In this document: in pieces, positions 24,048 through 37,230 of the stretch
Layout of the letters: every line of letters starts with the position of its first letter
Numbering within the stretch: the first letter of the stretch is position 1
From: Vicugna vicugna
Taxonomy: Eukaryota
DNA: 64,000 nucleotides
NCBI GenBank assembly: GCA_013265495.1
Contig: MU058781.1
Span: 8,475,009-8,539,008 of the forward strand
Reading direction: 5' to 3'
Translations under genes and position numbers: made by a program
Notes under the pieces: generated by a model
The model's input: only the letters and a program-made list of their open reading frames with translations
Told to the model about the DNA's origin: nothing
The model's database searches: none

Positions 24048-27000
24048 AGAGATAGACTGTATACAGGTGTTAGAGAAGGGAGGAGCTTAACTCAAACTAG
24101 AATGTCTTGGAAATCTTAAATTTTATATATTTATTTATTTATCTACTTGGTTAGTTCTTTTCTGGAGAAAGGAGCTTGGGTTGAGTTTTGAAGGTAAAGT
24201 AAGAGTTCACCAGGGGAAGAAACTGGGAAAGAGTATTTGAGTGAGAAAGAGAAAACATCATGACTAAAGACACAGAAGCATGACACAGCAGTGTATGAGC
24301 AGAGATGGCAAGCATTTGGTATAACCAAAGCTCACCAACACAGGCAATGAGATTTAAAATGTCAGTAAATGTATAGGGATTCAAATAATACATTAAACAC
24401 AATAACTTCCCATCCTGTGCATATGCCTATTGGAATGTCAAGAAAGATATTTTAAAAACAGTAATTCATAGTGACACTAGAAATCTAGAAGGGCTGCAGG
24501 CAGCAGATAAAAGAGTTGAGGAATTCCTGGAAAAAATAGAACATTTATAGCATCTCATGAGCAAAGCAAACAAGTGGAGAAACTGTAGGCAAAACACTAA
24601 CTGGAGAAAGCCACTTCAGTGATATTTCAAGGGTAAGAATGGATTTTCCTAAGGAAACCTCAAGTTCGTTGTCAATAAGTAGAAAAGAAAAGAGCCTGGA
24701 CACATCATAATGACAATTATCAAATGTCTGACTTGGGACAGCAGGGTCTGTTGGATCGCGCTCCCCTCCCCATGTGCTAGCCAACAGTTTGCTCCCAGAG
24801 TAAAGGCCTGTGAATATTTTTTCTAAGCATGGTGAGGCTTAGAGTTAGAATTAGAAAATCATGGATATTTGGGTCAGAGAGCAAAGCAAGAAGGCACCCA
24901 GAGGTAACTCTAGACTTTGGCCAAGACTATGGAGGGTGAAAGATTCCAAATTAAAATCATGAGCATTACTCTCTAAAGAGAGAATTGTGTTTCAAAACAT
25001 AGGTAGAGGGCCCCAGGTAAGAGTAAGGTGTCTCTAAAGCCACAAATTACGTTCAATCTCTCTCTCTCTCTTTGTATACAAACAAATACATACTACATGC
25101 ATATACATTATGTATATTTTATCTTTCTACTTTGACAAACACTCCTTTATAACAAAACTTTTTGAAGTATGCAAAGCCATGGTTTTGCAAAATACCAAAG
25201 ATGTCTGACTTTAATTAGTGTTGCAACTGTCTCACTATTCAGTTGATGCGCCATTCATGGGCTTAGCTGTCTGAAAAAAACTGTAATTCATAAATGACTA
25301 TATACTTATTCCATAGCATTCTTTTTCTTGACCATTTCAACAAACTAACTACATTGTTATAATCAAGATTTTCATATAATTAGTGTTTTATTGACAGTAA
25401 TTATCTGAGGGGTTAAAAAGAAAATAATTATCTTGAAAATATGCAAAATTTCCATTACTTTTATTAAAATGTGTAAATTAAATGTGAAAGTGAATTTTCA
25501 TGTAAGTTTTCAAACATGTCCTCTTTTTCTAAAATATTTAAAATTATTAAAATTGAATTACAAACTACAAATTAAAGTTAATGAACGTTGAATTTTCAAG
25601 TCAAATTATTTTTAAAGCTGAAGTTTAAATTTCATTTTTAAAAATTGTATTTTAATGTTATTAATTGTTAAATAAAATACACTCAAAGATAGTCACATAT
25701 TTAGTTTTCATTGTCCATCTGGTTGCCAATAGAAAGAATTAGTATCATACTACATGCCTATTATGGCTAATTGTGTATCTATATGCAAATTTAAGAGTAA
25801 TGTGAATTATTTACTGTATGCAAATTTAAGAGTAATGGGAATTAATACTGGGAAATTGTATTCACCTGTCATGTACGATTGTTTCAAATATTGAGCTAAT
25901 TTAAGAGAAGCTACAGATTTACAAAGGCCAGCAAGAAAATTCTAGCTCTAAGAGAAAAATCTTTCATTATGCAAGAATCTACTGCATTCATCTTGAGAGG
26001 AAGGATTTGTCACAATAATTAATTTGTATTTTCTCTTTCTTTAGCGTTGCTGCTTCTCAAATCCTCTCTGCTGAAGCAATACCCATTTCTGAAATCGATA
26101 GGGCACAACTCACAAATACTCAGGGCATTTGGACAGGATTGCCTGTTTTTGTTTCAAGGTCACGGACAGAGGCAAGGTGTTTCTCTGGGGCTTGAGCAGT
26201 GTGAGCATTCTATGACAGCAGGTGTTCAGGGAGACAGATCCTGCTGTGCCGGGACTGAGTGCCTATCTTGAGTGGAAAAGTCACCTGCGTGTTCTTTAAT
26301 CAACTATTTTTGTGGAGTCTTTTATGCCCAAATCTCAGAGTGTGAATGTTCCTGTTGCCACATGACCCAGTGCTCACCTGCCATCATCAGAAATAGTTTT
26401 CTGTGATCAAAACTTAACACATTGAGGGGTAACCAGAGAATCCCATTTGAGTGTGCAAATAAGATGTTTTATCTAGGTCCACACAGCAAATATTAATAAG
26501 AAAGAAACAAAAATAAAACAGAGCAAGAATCACCAGCTATCTGAGGAAAATCAACGCTTTGAAGGACAGGCACCAAGGGCAACAAATAAGAGAATGAACA
26601 TTTGTTTCCCCTCTGTTCATAAGGGGACAGGCAGGCGGTAGCCAGGTCCTGACAGGCCTTGTTGGTCATGCTAAGGAGACGGGACTTCATATGGCTGTCA
26701 GAGGGCCAACGCAAGGTTTCACCAGGGATTGTCTTTATCATATTTGTATTGTAGACAGCTCACACAGGCTGCAGCGTGAAAAGCAGTTTCAAGCGGAATA
26801 AGATTAGAGGCAGGAAACAATTTAGGAAACTATTTAATAGTCCAGATGGTAGTTGATGGAGGCCTGAACTCAGACAGTAGGAGTAGGAATAAAGAAAATC
26901 ATCTGAAAGGGCTTAGGAGACATAATCATTAGAACGCAATGACTGACTGGGTGTAAAGTGTGAGAATAAAATCAGTCAAGGATAATTCCCAGGTTTCTGG

Positions 27001-27369
27001 TATTTTAACTGTCAGGATCATTGTGTTACTAATTCATTTTGAAAAACAGGAGGAGAAACAGATTTGGTTAAAATTAAACTTAAAAAAATAAGAGTCATTA
27101 CAATAACAGCAAATAATAATAAAGATGGGTGACATCTAATGAGTTTCTACTGTGTCTCTGATTCAATTTTATCCTTTAAAATGTCTCCATCTATTATTCC
27201 AGTTAATGTTCTAGACATTCTGAAAATGGATACTATTAATTAGTCCCCTTTGAAAAATAAAGAAACTGGAGGTATAGTCAGGTTAAATAACTCACAGACA
27301 ATGTCCTTAACAAACAGTGTTACTTTTGTTCTAGCAAATAGTTTATTAGTGTTGTTTCTTTTAACGTCT

Positions 27370-27888
27370 GCTTTAATCTATTGCTATATAACAAAAATAC
27401 CAAAACCTATTGGCTCAAGACAATAAACATTTATTGTCTCATACAGTTTCTGTAGGTCAGGAATTGGGGAGCAGCTCTGTCAGGTGGTCCTAACTTGAGA
27501 TGTCTCATGAGACTGGGTCAAGGCATCAGCCAGTGTGATGGTCATCTGAAGACGGACCTGGGACTGGAGGGTTCACTTCAAGCTGGCTCACTCATGATCT
27601 GTATGTGGGTGCTGGCTTTTGGCAAGAGGCCTCCGTTCCTTCCCATGTGGACCTCTTCATGGGTCTGCTTGAGTATCCTCATCACACGGCCACTGACTTC
27701 CCCAGGGTGAATGATCCAAGAAAGAAAAAGACGGAAGCTACATAGTTTTTGATGTCCTAGCCTCAGAAATCACACACTGTCATTTCCTCAACATTCCAGC
27801 AATTACACAGCTCAGCCAGATTCAGTGCAAGAGGGGAATATACAAAGATGAGCCTTAGTGGGGTCATCTTGGACACTGGCTACCACAG
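27370..27888 (-). mobile_element. MLT1-type MaLR solo LTR
   Basis: Minus strand starts tgtggtagccagtgtccaagatgacccc; + strand shows tattgctatataac...aacatttatt...cagtttctgtaggtcaggaatt. Confidence 0.75.
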
Positions 27889-28734
27889 CTCTTTAACCTG
27901 GTCTTGGGTCATTAACTCACAGAACCTTTCAGAAGGGCAGTCTAGCGCTCAGCTCATCTGACTTAACCCACAGATAGATTTTTAGAGACAAGCACGCACT
28001 CCATCCCCTTAAGGCAATCCCTTATTAATATTGAATCTGTCAACCAACCTTTAGTCAATGTTAAGCATCAGGAAATTTGACAACTGTATCCCCTGACAAG
28101 TTCCTTGAGGCCAATAAACCTCTCTTGGTGGTTCACGATGTAGGAGGGCTAGCCTCGCTGGTCCCTGCCTGCCTCCTCCCCGGCCAGTCTCTCCCCATTC
28201 ACGCATTGCTGTTTCATTGGCCCTTTTCCCCACCTCAGAGTGTTTGAATTTGCAGTTCTCTTGGCCTGGAATTTTTTTACCCTTGCTTCCTCATACTCTC
28301 TCTCTTCTTTGGCCTCTTCTAATTCTAGGCTTCAGCCTACACGTCTCTGTCTCAGAAAGAACTTCCCTGCTCACGTGGGATTCAAATGGAGAAATGGCCT
28401 CTCATAACTGGGGGCCCTGAACCACGTCCTGCTGTGAAGCAGGGGAAAAGACATCTGTCCTGCAGGAGGAAGGCCACTCCATTAGCACCCACGTGGGGAA
28501 GAGAAGGCACCACTTTTTATTGTCATTATGAAGAGTAATCAAGATAATTATCAGTAACATTTGTCAGGACTTAGATAATGGTTGTACCCTTGTCCTCATC
28601 TCCTTTAAGAATTCATAAAAACAAGAGTGAATAAGAGGGACTTTACTAATGATGTCAAGGGAAGAATGAGAAGAAAACCATCTGAAAATAAATCACCCAT
28701 AAATGTCCCTGTTCCAAAGCAACTAGAACTAGAC

Positions 28735-28830
28735 AGATTAGGAGTTTGGGATTAATAGATACACATGCCTATATATAAAGTAGATAAACAACAAGAACCT
28801 ACTGTATAACACAGGGAACTATATTCAGTT
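28735..28830 (+). mobile_element. Short L1 3' UTR fragment (cetartiodactyl-type)
   Basis: gagtttgggattaatagatacac...cctactgtataacacagggaactatattcag; related to the copies at 33.9 kb and 53.4 kb. Confidence 0.7.
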
Positions 28831-31800
28831 CCTTCCTTTCTTTCTTTCTTTCTTTTTTTTTTTTTTTTGAGATTGTTGAGTGAAAGTAGTAATTTTTCTT
28901 TTCTCTTCTGGATTTGAGTCTGTAAATTGGCCTGGAACTAATGACAGAGTCTGAGAATAAAAACAAAGTCAAGGTGAATGACAGAGTCAAGGCATGGAGT
29001 GTGAAATTGGTCCTGGGTGAAATTATTTCAAGCTCTAAATCCATTATTTGCTTAGAGTGATCCATCCTAAGATTAAACATCCTGTTTTACTTAAGATCTG
29101 GTTAGCGGGTGCACACATACATACACACATATCACTTCCCACACACATATTATATAATTCACATACACATACACACACTGTTCCATTTATATTTACTTCT
29201 ATTATCTACCTCTATTCATTAAAAATGAGTTCACACTGACATCTCTAATTCAAATCCAGTGCCACAGGGGTCATTCTTATTTTCTCTCTTTTACTATTTC
29301 TAATTCTGTTGCTTGACAGTGAGAAACTTAGCATCCATTATCCTCAATATATTTGCTTGATCCTTCTATTTGTAACCAATCTCCCATGTGGCCACCATGC
29401 CTCTTCCCCAGTCATAGACCTCCTCCTCACCCCACTTGGAATCTGTCACCCACCCCTGTCCCTGGCAGACACTATTCTTATTCGGTCTGGGCTCTGATAC
29501 TTTGTGCCAGGCCGGTGCTGATCTATCCCCTGTAGGGATATCCTCTCCATCCGACTCTGACTCTAACATCCCAAGCTGGGTCACCCTCTGCTGAGTAGTA
29601 GCCACAGTGTGGATATACCAATGTTTTTTAACTATTGTCCTATTGAAGGACATGTTGGTTATTTCCACGGTGGGGCATTACAGATAAAGCTGCTGTAAAC
29701 AGTTGTGGACATGTTTGGGGTTTTCTTGTTGTTGTTGTTTTTGTTAACATAGGTCTTCATTTCTCTGGGATAAATGTCCAGGAATGCAACTGATGGGTCA
29801 TATGATAAGAGCATGTTTATTTTTTAAAGAAACCACCAAGCTCTTCCAAGAATGGCTCTACCAATTTGCATTCCCATGGTCTGATAGCTTTTTCACTGAA
29901 TTGTTCAGGAAGGGCAGGGTAAGGGAGGGAAGACCAGGGAAGGGAAGGAAAAAAAAAAATGAAAGGAAGGAGAGTAGTAATCTATTACCTGTGTTTAAGT
30001 CTGTGCCTGTTTCTTTAATTTTTTCTTTTGATCTAGATTTCTGTTTTCATACTGTTGACACATCATTTTAATTTTTAGTCCATGGAATATTTTCTTATAA
30101 GAGCACTTTTTACCTGTTCTTTTTAGCACTGTTCTTTAATATTTCATTGTTTATATATATATATATATATTTTAAATCCAAATCAAAAATTTTATTGAGG
30201 TGTAATAGGCATACAATAAAATTCACCATTTTTAGTGTACAATTCTAAGAGTTTTGACAAATGCATAGAATTGTATAACAACCACTATTATTAAGATATG
30301 GAACATTTTTAACACCTTAAAATGTTCCTTCATGCCCTTTATAGTCAACCCTTCCTTTACCCACAGTTCCTGTCAGTTGATGATCTGTTTTCTGTCAATA
30401 TTGTTTAACCATTTCCAGAATGTCATACAAATAGAACCATGTAGTATGGAGCTATTTAAGTCCCTTTTCATGCAGCGTATTTGTGTGTGTTACGGAGTTC
30501 ATTCATTTTTTTCTTGATGAATAATATTCCATTACATATAAGTACCAAAGTTCAACTATTTACTAATTGAAATAGATATCACGTTGTTTTCACATTTTTC
30601 GGATATTTAAAAAAATGAATTTTATAAACATATCCTGATTCCTACAAAAAGGCTTTTATAATATTATTTTCCTTTATAATTTTGTATCCCTTTTTGTTTG
30701 CTTGCCATGTCTGTATTCTTGTTTCTAATTATTGTGTTTTTTCTCTTTATTGTCTTACATCTCATTTGTTATTGTAGTTGCTTTTTAAAAAATCAGCTGT
30801 TGATTTTATTTGTCCAGTGTACTTTTGATTTTTAATTTACTTTATTATGCTTTTAGTACTTTTTCATCAGGATTTAAAATTTTACTTTTCTAAGATCTTT
30901 AATTCAATGTTTATTTAATTAACTATCTATTAGCAATAAAATAATTTACAAACATATGTTTCCTTTAAGAAGAGTTTTCCTGCATTTCAAGGTTTTTGAA
31001 AAGTACTTTATTATTTTTTAAACAGATTTTTACTGTATTCTTAACTTTCTCCTTGGTAAGTCTATTATTTAGGAGAATTATATTATTTTTCATGTAATTA
31101 GGGTATTTTTGTTATTAATTTCTGTTTTTATCACAACTGATGGCCTAGAGAACATTATGTAAGCACAATAAATAGAATTCCTGCACCTCATTTAATTTAT
31201 TATAAATATCAATTAATTCTATATTTGAAGATGTCAGGATCTTTTATACAAAATTTCATCCACTTAATCTCTCCTACTGACAATGGAGAATTAAAATCTC
31301 CAGTATAATTTTGATTCTGTCAATCGCCTGTATTTCTAACAAACACGTATACACCACGGCTTTGACACTTGGTTCACGTTCTCCACCTAACTTCTGCCAC
31401 TTTTCTGGGTAAATTATACATTCTATTTCTTAGTGTCCCTTAATCTCTATTCCAACTCTTACTTCCCTCTCAGCAGCCCACTCTCTTGGCCACATCCTGG
31501 ACCTAGTTACAATTTGGGACTCCTCTATCTTTGATACCTACTCTCAGACCACATCCTTCCCCACAATTCCTGACTCTCACAAAGCAAAGACTCATCTAAC
31601 CGAGCCCTGTAGCCTCTCAGCTCTTCTTCTTCTAGTTGGAGTTATTCCTTTTTGGATTCTCTTTCTTCTCAGTCCAACTTGACTCTCATTTTCAGCCACT
31701 TCAGCTTCTTTCTCACTGGTACCTCTTGTCCTTCTACTCTGTCTGTCCTGCAGATTCTGAACCCTGGGTCAATCCATCCATCTGCCTTCTCTATCCATGC

Positions 31801-31950
31801 ATTATTCAACCTTCAGGGGCTGCAGAATCAGTAAAGATTCTTGACTGACAATGAGAAATCAATTGGAGAAACCAATTCAGAGAAAAAGATTAACGTGAGG
31901 ATTTACATTTGTACCTTCAGAGAACTAAGGGTCAAGAATGTAGTCAAGGT

Positions 31951-32118
31951 GGGGGATGGTATAGCTCAAGTGGTAGAGCACATACTTAGCATGCATGAGG
32001 TCATGGGTTCAATCCCCAGTACCTCCTCTAAGAATAAATAAGTGCTAAATAAACCTAATTACCTCTCCCCTACCAAAATTAATTAATTAATTAAGTAAAT
32101 AAACTTAAAAAAAAAAAA
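31951..32118 (+). mobile_element. Vic-1-like tRNA-derived SINE, long form
   Basis: ggtatagctcaagtggtagagc...gggttcaatccccagtacctcc, taaacctaattacctc linker, A tail; degenerate TSD aagaat(gt)agtc..ggt. Confidence 0.9.
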
Positions 32119-33917
32119 GAATAGTCTGGTCCTTAAAGGACCAGATTCGGATTTCTCTCTTCATTTTCATCTCTCTTGCTCTCGGCCTGACTGCTGCTTT
32201 CTTCTTTCATTTTCTCTCTTAAGAACAGCTCTCTCTTCTCCCACAGTCACGTGGAAGCTCCCTGATAAACAACTCTTCTGTTAGATGTCAAAACTGATAC
32301 TGAACTCTCTTTGTCTCTGTTTCAAATTCATAGGGAAAGACCTCTGATTAGACCAATTTGGGCCAGAGGTTAATTCTAGATTGATCAATTAGAGCCAGCA
32401 GGGCATGGGCATGTTTTGTAAAAATGGCAGCTGCAGACTCTTGTTCCCATGTGCTCATCCATGAACTTACTGCCAGGGAGGATAGGATACGCCCACGGGG
32501 CTTGCCCAGGTTATAGGTACTCATAAAATCCAGCACTGTGGTCAGAGGACTACAAGGTTCTGATTGATCTGGTCTTAGTCATTTGCCCACTGGTAGAGGC
32601 TGAAGTAGTCCATGGCCCTCTGGATCACACAGAATTAGAGAAGGTTCTTCTGGATAAAGAAAAACAATGACTATCTGACATAGCTGCTAAGTGATAGGGA
32701 AGCTGAGAAACTTCCTGGTGCATCGACTTATTTCAGGTTTAATAGATGCAGGGCCAGGCTATGATCTGAGTAAGTTTTTACACAGTATGTTTTCATTGCT
32801 CCATTTGAAGTTTTTGAAAAAAAATCTTAGAATCTTAAAAATACCCGCATTCATAGCCAAATAGCAAGCTCTTTTTTTTTTTTTCAAAGTCATATATAAA
32901 TGACTTTTGATTATTTTGGAGTAACCACACCATTGTTTCCCTCCATTAGGCTATACAAGCAACAATCAACTAAATAAATGTGTCACTTGTCTCATAAAAC
33001 ATCATAATTATGTCAGAACAAGTCAACTTCAGGGAATAGAGTTTTGCTTTGAGCAAATTCATTTAGCGTATGAATTCTGTCCATATTTATACATAACATA
33101 ATTAAATGTATGCTTTGAAAATAAATGCTGTAGTGGCTCTGCGAGTGCCTTTTTCCTAAACATTTCTTCTGCCTCTTTACAAATCATTTATTGAGAAATT
33201 AAAGAGGATAACTACAAGAACACAATAAAGAAAATGACAAAAAGTCTTGTTTTCTTTATTTTGTCCTGGTTTACTTTGCCTTTTGATCTCTGCTTTTACT
33301 CTCCTATTGAATGGACAGCCACCCCAGGGGGTCTTTGAGAAATTTAGATTCACCAAATAGACCAAATAAGCCCAAACTGAACACTCCCTCCTCTTCTCCC
33401 CCTCCTGACTGATGCAGCTTAAACCTGGTTTCTCTGTAGCTTCAGGGAGTAAATTCTCATGAAATCGGCTACTGCAAGTGTTTTTCTATACTCTGGTAGT
33501 GAGTTTCTGACTCGTAAAATCTTTCACGGTCTTTATCATTCCCACCACTCACTCTCAAACAGATTTTCTCTCAGTGGAATTGCAAATCTCTGAATTTCCC
33601 CTGCCCATTTATCACTTGCAAGAAATATTTTAGAAAGAAGCCCATGAGAGATGTGGCTAATAGAGAGCTTTTAATGAATGATTCTTTTCTTTTTTTTAAA
33701 AACCAAAAGCCATGAGTATCCTATGGTTAAAAAAAGAAAAAAGGAGTTTCTGTTTCCACATCTTCCTGGCAGTGACCACATTCTGACACTTGCTAGTGAA
33801 ATATGTTTCCAGTATATTTTAGTTGACTCTTGATGGTCACTGCTAATGTCTTATTAGAAAGCTCTCATTTTTTAAGTCACATCTCTTTAAATGTGTTTTT
33901 AAAAATAACATCAGCCA

Positions 33918-34200
33918 GATTTGCAGACATAGCAAACAATCTTATGGTTACCGGGGGAAAGGGGTGGGAAGGGATAAATTTGGGAGTTTGAGATTTGCAA
34001 ATGATAACCACTATATTAAAAAAATAGATTAAAAAACAAATTTATTCTGTATAGTACAGGGAACTATATTCAGCATCTTGTTATAACCTTTTATGAAAAA
34101 GAATATGAAAATAAATATATATATATATATATATATGCATGACTGGGACATTGTGCTGTACACCAGAAATTGACACATTGTAGCTGACTATACTTTCATT
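33918..34200 (+). mobile_element. 5'-truncated younger L1 3' end with target-site duplication
   Basis: cagacatagcaaacaatcttatggttacc...gggaactatattcag...tgtacaccagaaattgacaca; flanks aaaaataacatcagcca / aaaaacaaaatcagcca. Confidence 0.8.
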
Positions 34201-34339
34201 TAAAAACAAAATCAGCCAAATGTATTTGATTTTTTAAACTAGGTGAACAACTTTTATCTATTCTCAAATATTCATATCTCAGGTGTTATGATATAATGCT
34301 TAGGAAATGGTCACCGTTTTTTCTCAGCAATATTACTTC

Positions 34340-35040
34340 CGTAGTTTCTCCCTCTCTGTACTGAACCATCAATTTCCCCATCTCTAAGGGATTGTTCTCC
34401 TTTCGCATATAATCATGCTCTTGTTTCGCCTATCTTAAAAATATTCCTTCCTTTTGATCCCACTTTTTCCGCTGCTAAGTTCCATATCTCTGCTCCGCTT
34501 TGCAGGCAATCTTAAGTGGTCTGTATGCCCTGTCTCCAGTTCTCTGCCTTTCTTCCCCCTTGAATCCACTTCGTTCAATTTTTACCCTGTCCATTCCACC
34601 AAAACTTCCCTTCCAAGTTGCTCAATTCAGTGATGAATTCTTAGTCATCATCTTACTTGACCTATCAGCATAATTTGACACAGTTGATCACTCCCTTCTT
34701 CATTACATACTTTTAGCATTTGGCTTCTGGGATACAACATTCTTCGTTTTCTTCCTACATCACTGGTTGGTCCTTCTCAGTTTTCTTTACTTCTTCTCAC
34801 TCATCTTGACATCGGAGTGCCCCAAGCTTCAGTCTTTGATCCTCTTCACTTTTTATATTAATTCTAATTTCATCTAGTATTTTGGCTTTATATGTTACCT
34901 GTAGCCATTAACTCCCAAATGTGTATCTTCAGCCTAAATTTCTCACTTAAACTTCAAAATCATAATTCTAACTGCCAAGTTAACAATCCAACTCAATGTC
35001 TGATAAGTTACATCAAGTTTAATAGGTTTAAAACTGAGCT
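34340..35040 (+). mobile_element. L2 fragment, apparently continuing at ~36240-36660 and ~37230-37640 after L1 insertions
   Basis: catcttacttgacctatcagcataatttgacacagttgatcactccctt is typical L2 ORF2-derived sequence. Confidence 0.7.
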
Positions 35041-35044
35041 GCTA

Positions 35045-36220
35045 GAGCAGTGACAGCCAACAGCAATGAGCACACCTAGTGCTCATATCTTAGTTTCTAA
35101 ATACCATTTCTCACTAAAAAGAACCACAGCTCCTTGGAAAACTGGCTGATTCCAGGGATAGAGCAGAGAAAGTGCAAGATAAGCCTAAAGGGGGGAGGCT
35201 ATAGCTCAAGTGGTAGAGTGCATGCTTAGCATGCATGAGGTCCTGGGTTCAATCCCCAGTACCGCCTCCAAATATAAATAAATAAATAAACCTAATTACC
35301 TCCCCTCCATAAAACAAACAAAAAAGCCAAAAAAAAAAAAATTGAACCTAAAGCATCTTGTGGTGCCAGAAAATAAGGAAGTGCTAAAAAAAAAAAATGC
35401 AGACATGTCCAAAGAACACAGAAGCTAACCCTGAAGGCCAATGGCCAAATCTGGGATAATTTGAGCATCAGATTAATTCTGGCAATGGATTATAAACCAG
35501 AGAATAAAATGAATATCTGTGTATCCATAATAATATGAATTAATAATTGAACAGATAAATAATTGAGAAGGGACAGCTCATTTAAGAATAAAAGTGGAAG
35601 GAATAATGGAAATGGAACATTATCATTTGTCAAACTGCACAGTAATGATTGTTGCCCACAAGAATCATTCAGGGATGCTAAAATTGGTGGGCAAACACAT
35701 GCTGGGAAACAAGAGACTTACAACTCTCAAAGTATCTTCCCACAAGACACTTTCTGGCAACAATGGGAAAAATAGTAACTTTACATTGCAGAGACCACGT
35801 CCAAAGTATGTCACTGGTAATTCAGACCTATTAACATCATGTACCTCCTTGATATGATGGTCTAACTGGCCGTAGCATCACTTCTGCAGTGGTATTGCCA
35901 AAAAATTCATAACCTGAATTTAGTTATCAGGAAACATCAGACCAACTTAAACCAAGGGACATTTTACAAAATAACTGATTAGAATCCTTCAAAAAAATGT
36001 CAAGATCATGAAAGACAAAGAAAGAATGAGGACCTGTCCTAGACTGGGAGAGTTAACAATATTGTATCAATGTGAATTTCCTGGGGTTGAGAATTATATT
36101 TTGGTTATGTAAAATGTTGTCATCGGGGAAAGGTGGGTGAAGGTTATACATGAACTAATTGTAATAATTTTGCAACTTAAAAAAACTAAAATTATTTCAA
36201 AACAAAAAATAAAAGATAAA
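35045..36220 (+). mobile_element. L1MC/MD-type 3' end fragment
   Basis: agcaatgagcacacctagtgc...tagtttctaaataccatt...aattttgcaactt...aaattatttcaaaac. Confidence 0.65.
35191..35340 (+). mobile_element. Vic-1-like tRNA-derived SINE
   Basis: ctatagctcaagtggtagagtgcatgcttagcatgcatgaggtcctgggttcaatccccagtacc; A tail; cctaaag on both sides. Confidence 0.9.
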
Positions 36221-36689
36221 ACATTAAAGATGCCTTGAATTCCTGATCTCCCCCTTCAGGAATCTATTCCATCTCCCCTGATGGAAGTCTCTTTCTTCTT
36301 GTGGTCCAGGCCCAGAACTTTGAAGTTATCATCCTTCCCTTTCTTCTCCGCCTCATACCCTAAATCCAATGTACCAGAAATTCTATGGGCTGGGTTCTCA
36401 AATATGTTCAGAATCTAACCACTGATCACCTCCTGCTCCTGCAGAAAACTGTCAGTGCCTGCCTGGGTTATTCCAACAGCTTCCTAAGTGATCTCCTTGA
36501 CCCACCCTCCTCTCATAACTCTGTAGTGCCTCCCATTTCTTCCAGAGTAAAATCCCAAGATCTGACTGTGGCCCATCAGGGCAAATCTGATCTGGTTTTG
36601 TTCACACTCTGACCTCTTATTACTCACCCACTCACTCCATTCCAACCACTCTGATCTCCCTGCTATCTCTTTAAAAAATAATAATAATA

Positions 36690-37147
36690 AATTAATTTAT
36701 TTTGAAGTATAGTTGATTTACAATACCGTGTAGGTTTCAGATGCACAACATACCAAAATTTTGATTCACCATTTTTAAAGGTTATCCTCCTCTTAAACTT
36801 ACTATAAAATATTGGCTGTGTTGTACAATATATCCTTATGGCTTCTGTATTTTATACATAGTAGTTTGTACCTTTTAATCCCTTCCCTGATCTTGCTCTT
36901 GTCCGCCTTCCCTCTCCCCACTGGTAACCGCTAGTTTGTTCTCTGTATCTGTGAATTTGTTTCTTTTTTGTTAGATTCCCTGATTTATTTATTTTTTGAT
37001 TTATTCCACACTATAAACGAAAACATACAATATTTGTCTTTCTCTGTCTGACTTATTTCACTAAGCCTAATACCCTCCAAGTCCATCCACATTGTTGCAA
37101 GTGGCAAAATTTCATCCTTTTTTTAAAATGGCTGAGTAGTATTCTAT

Positions 37148-37198
<51 letters not shown>

Positions 37199-37230
37199 CA
37201 TCTTCTTCCTCCATTCATCTGTTGATGGAT
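36690..37230 (-). mobile_element. L1 3' end fragment
   Basis: gaagtatagttgatttacaa...ccccactggtaacc...ttctctgtctgacttatttcacta...catccacattgttgcaagtggc. Confidence 0.8.
37151..37196. repeat. (AC)23 microsatellite
   Basis: Perfect AC dinucleotide run of 46 nt. Confidence 0.95.

Noticed and set aside
30060..31300. Very AT-rich stretch as a matrix-attachment region or origin (also ~25050-25750)
   Set aside because: Composition alone is not evidence, and parts look like highly decayed antisense L1.
31951..32030. tRNA-Ala gene calls for the tRNA-like segments (here and at eight other sites)
   Set aside because: The copies diverge from each other and carry A-rich tails, a shared non-tRNA linker and target-site duplications, so they are SINEs.
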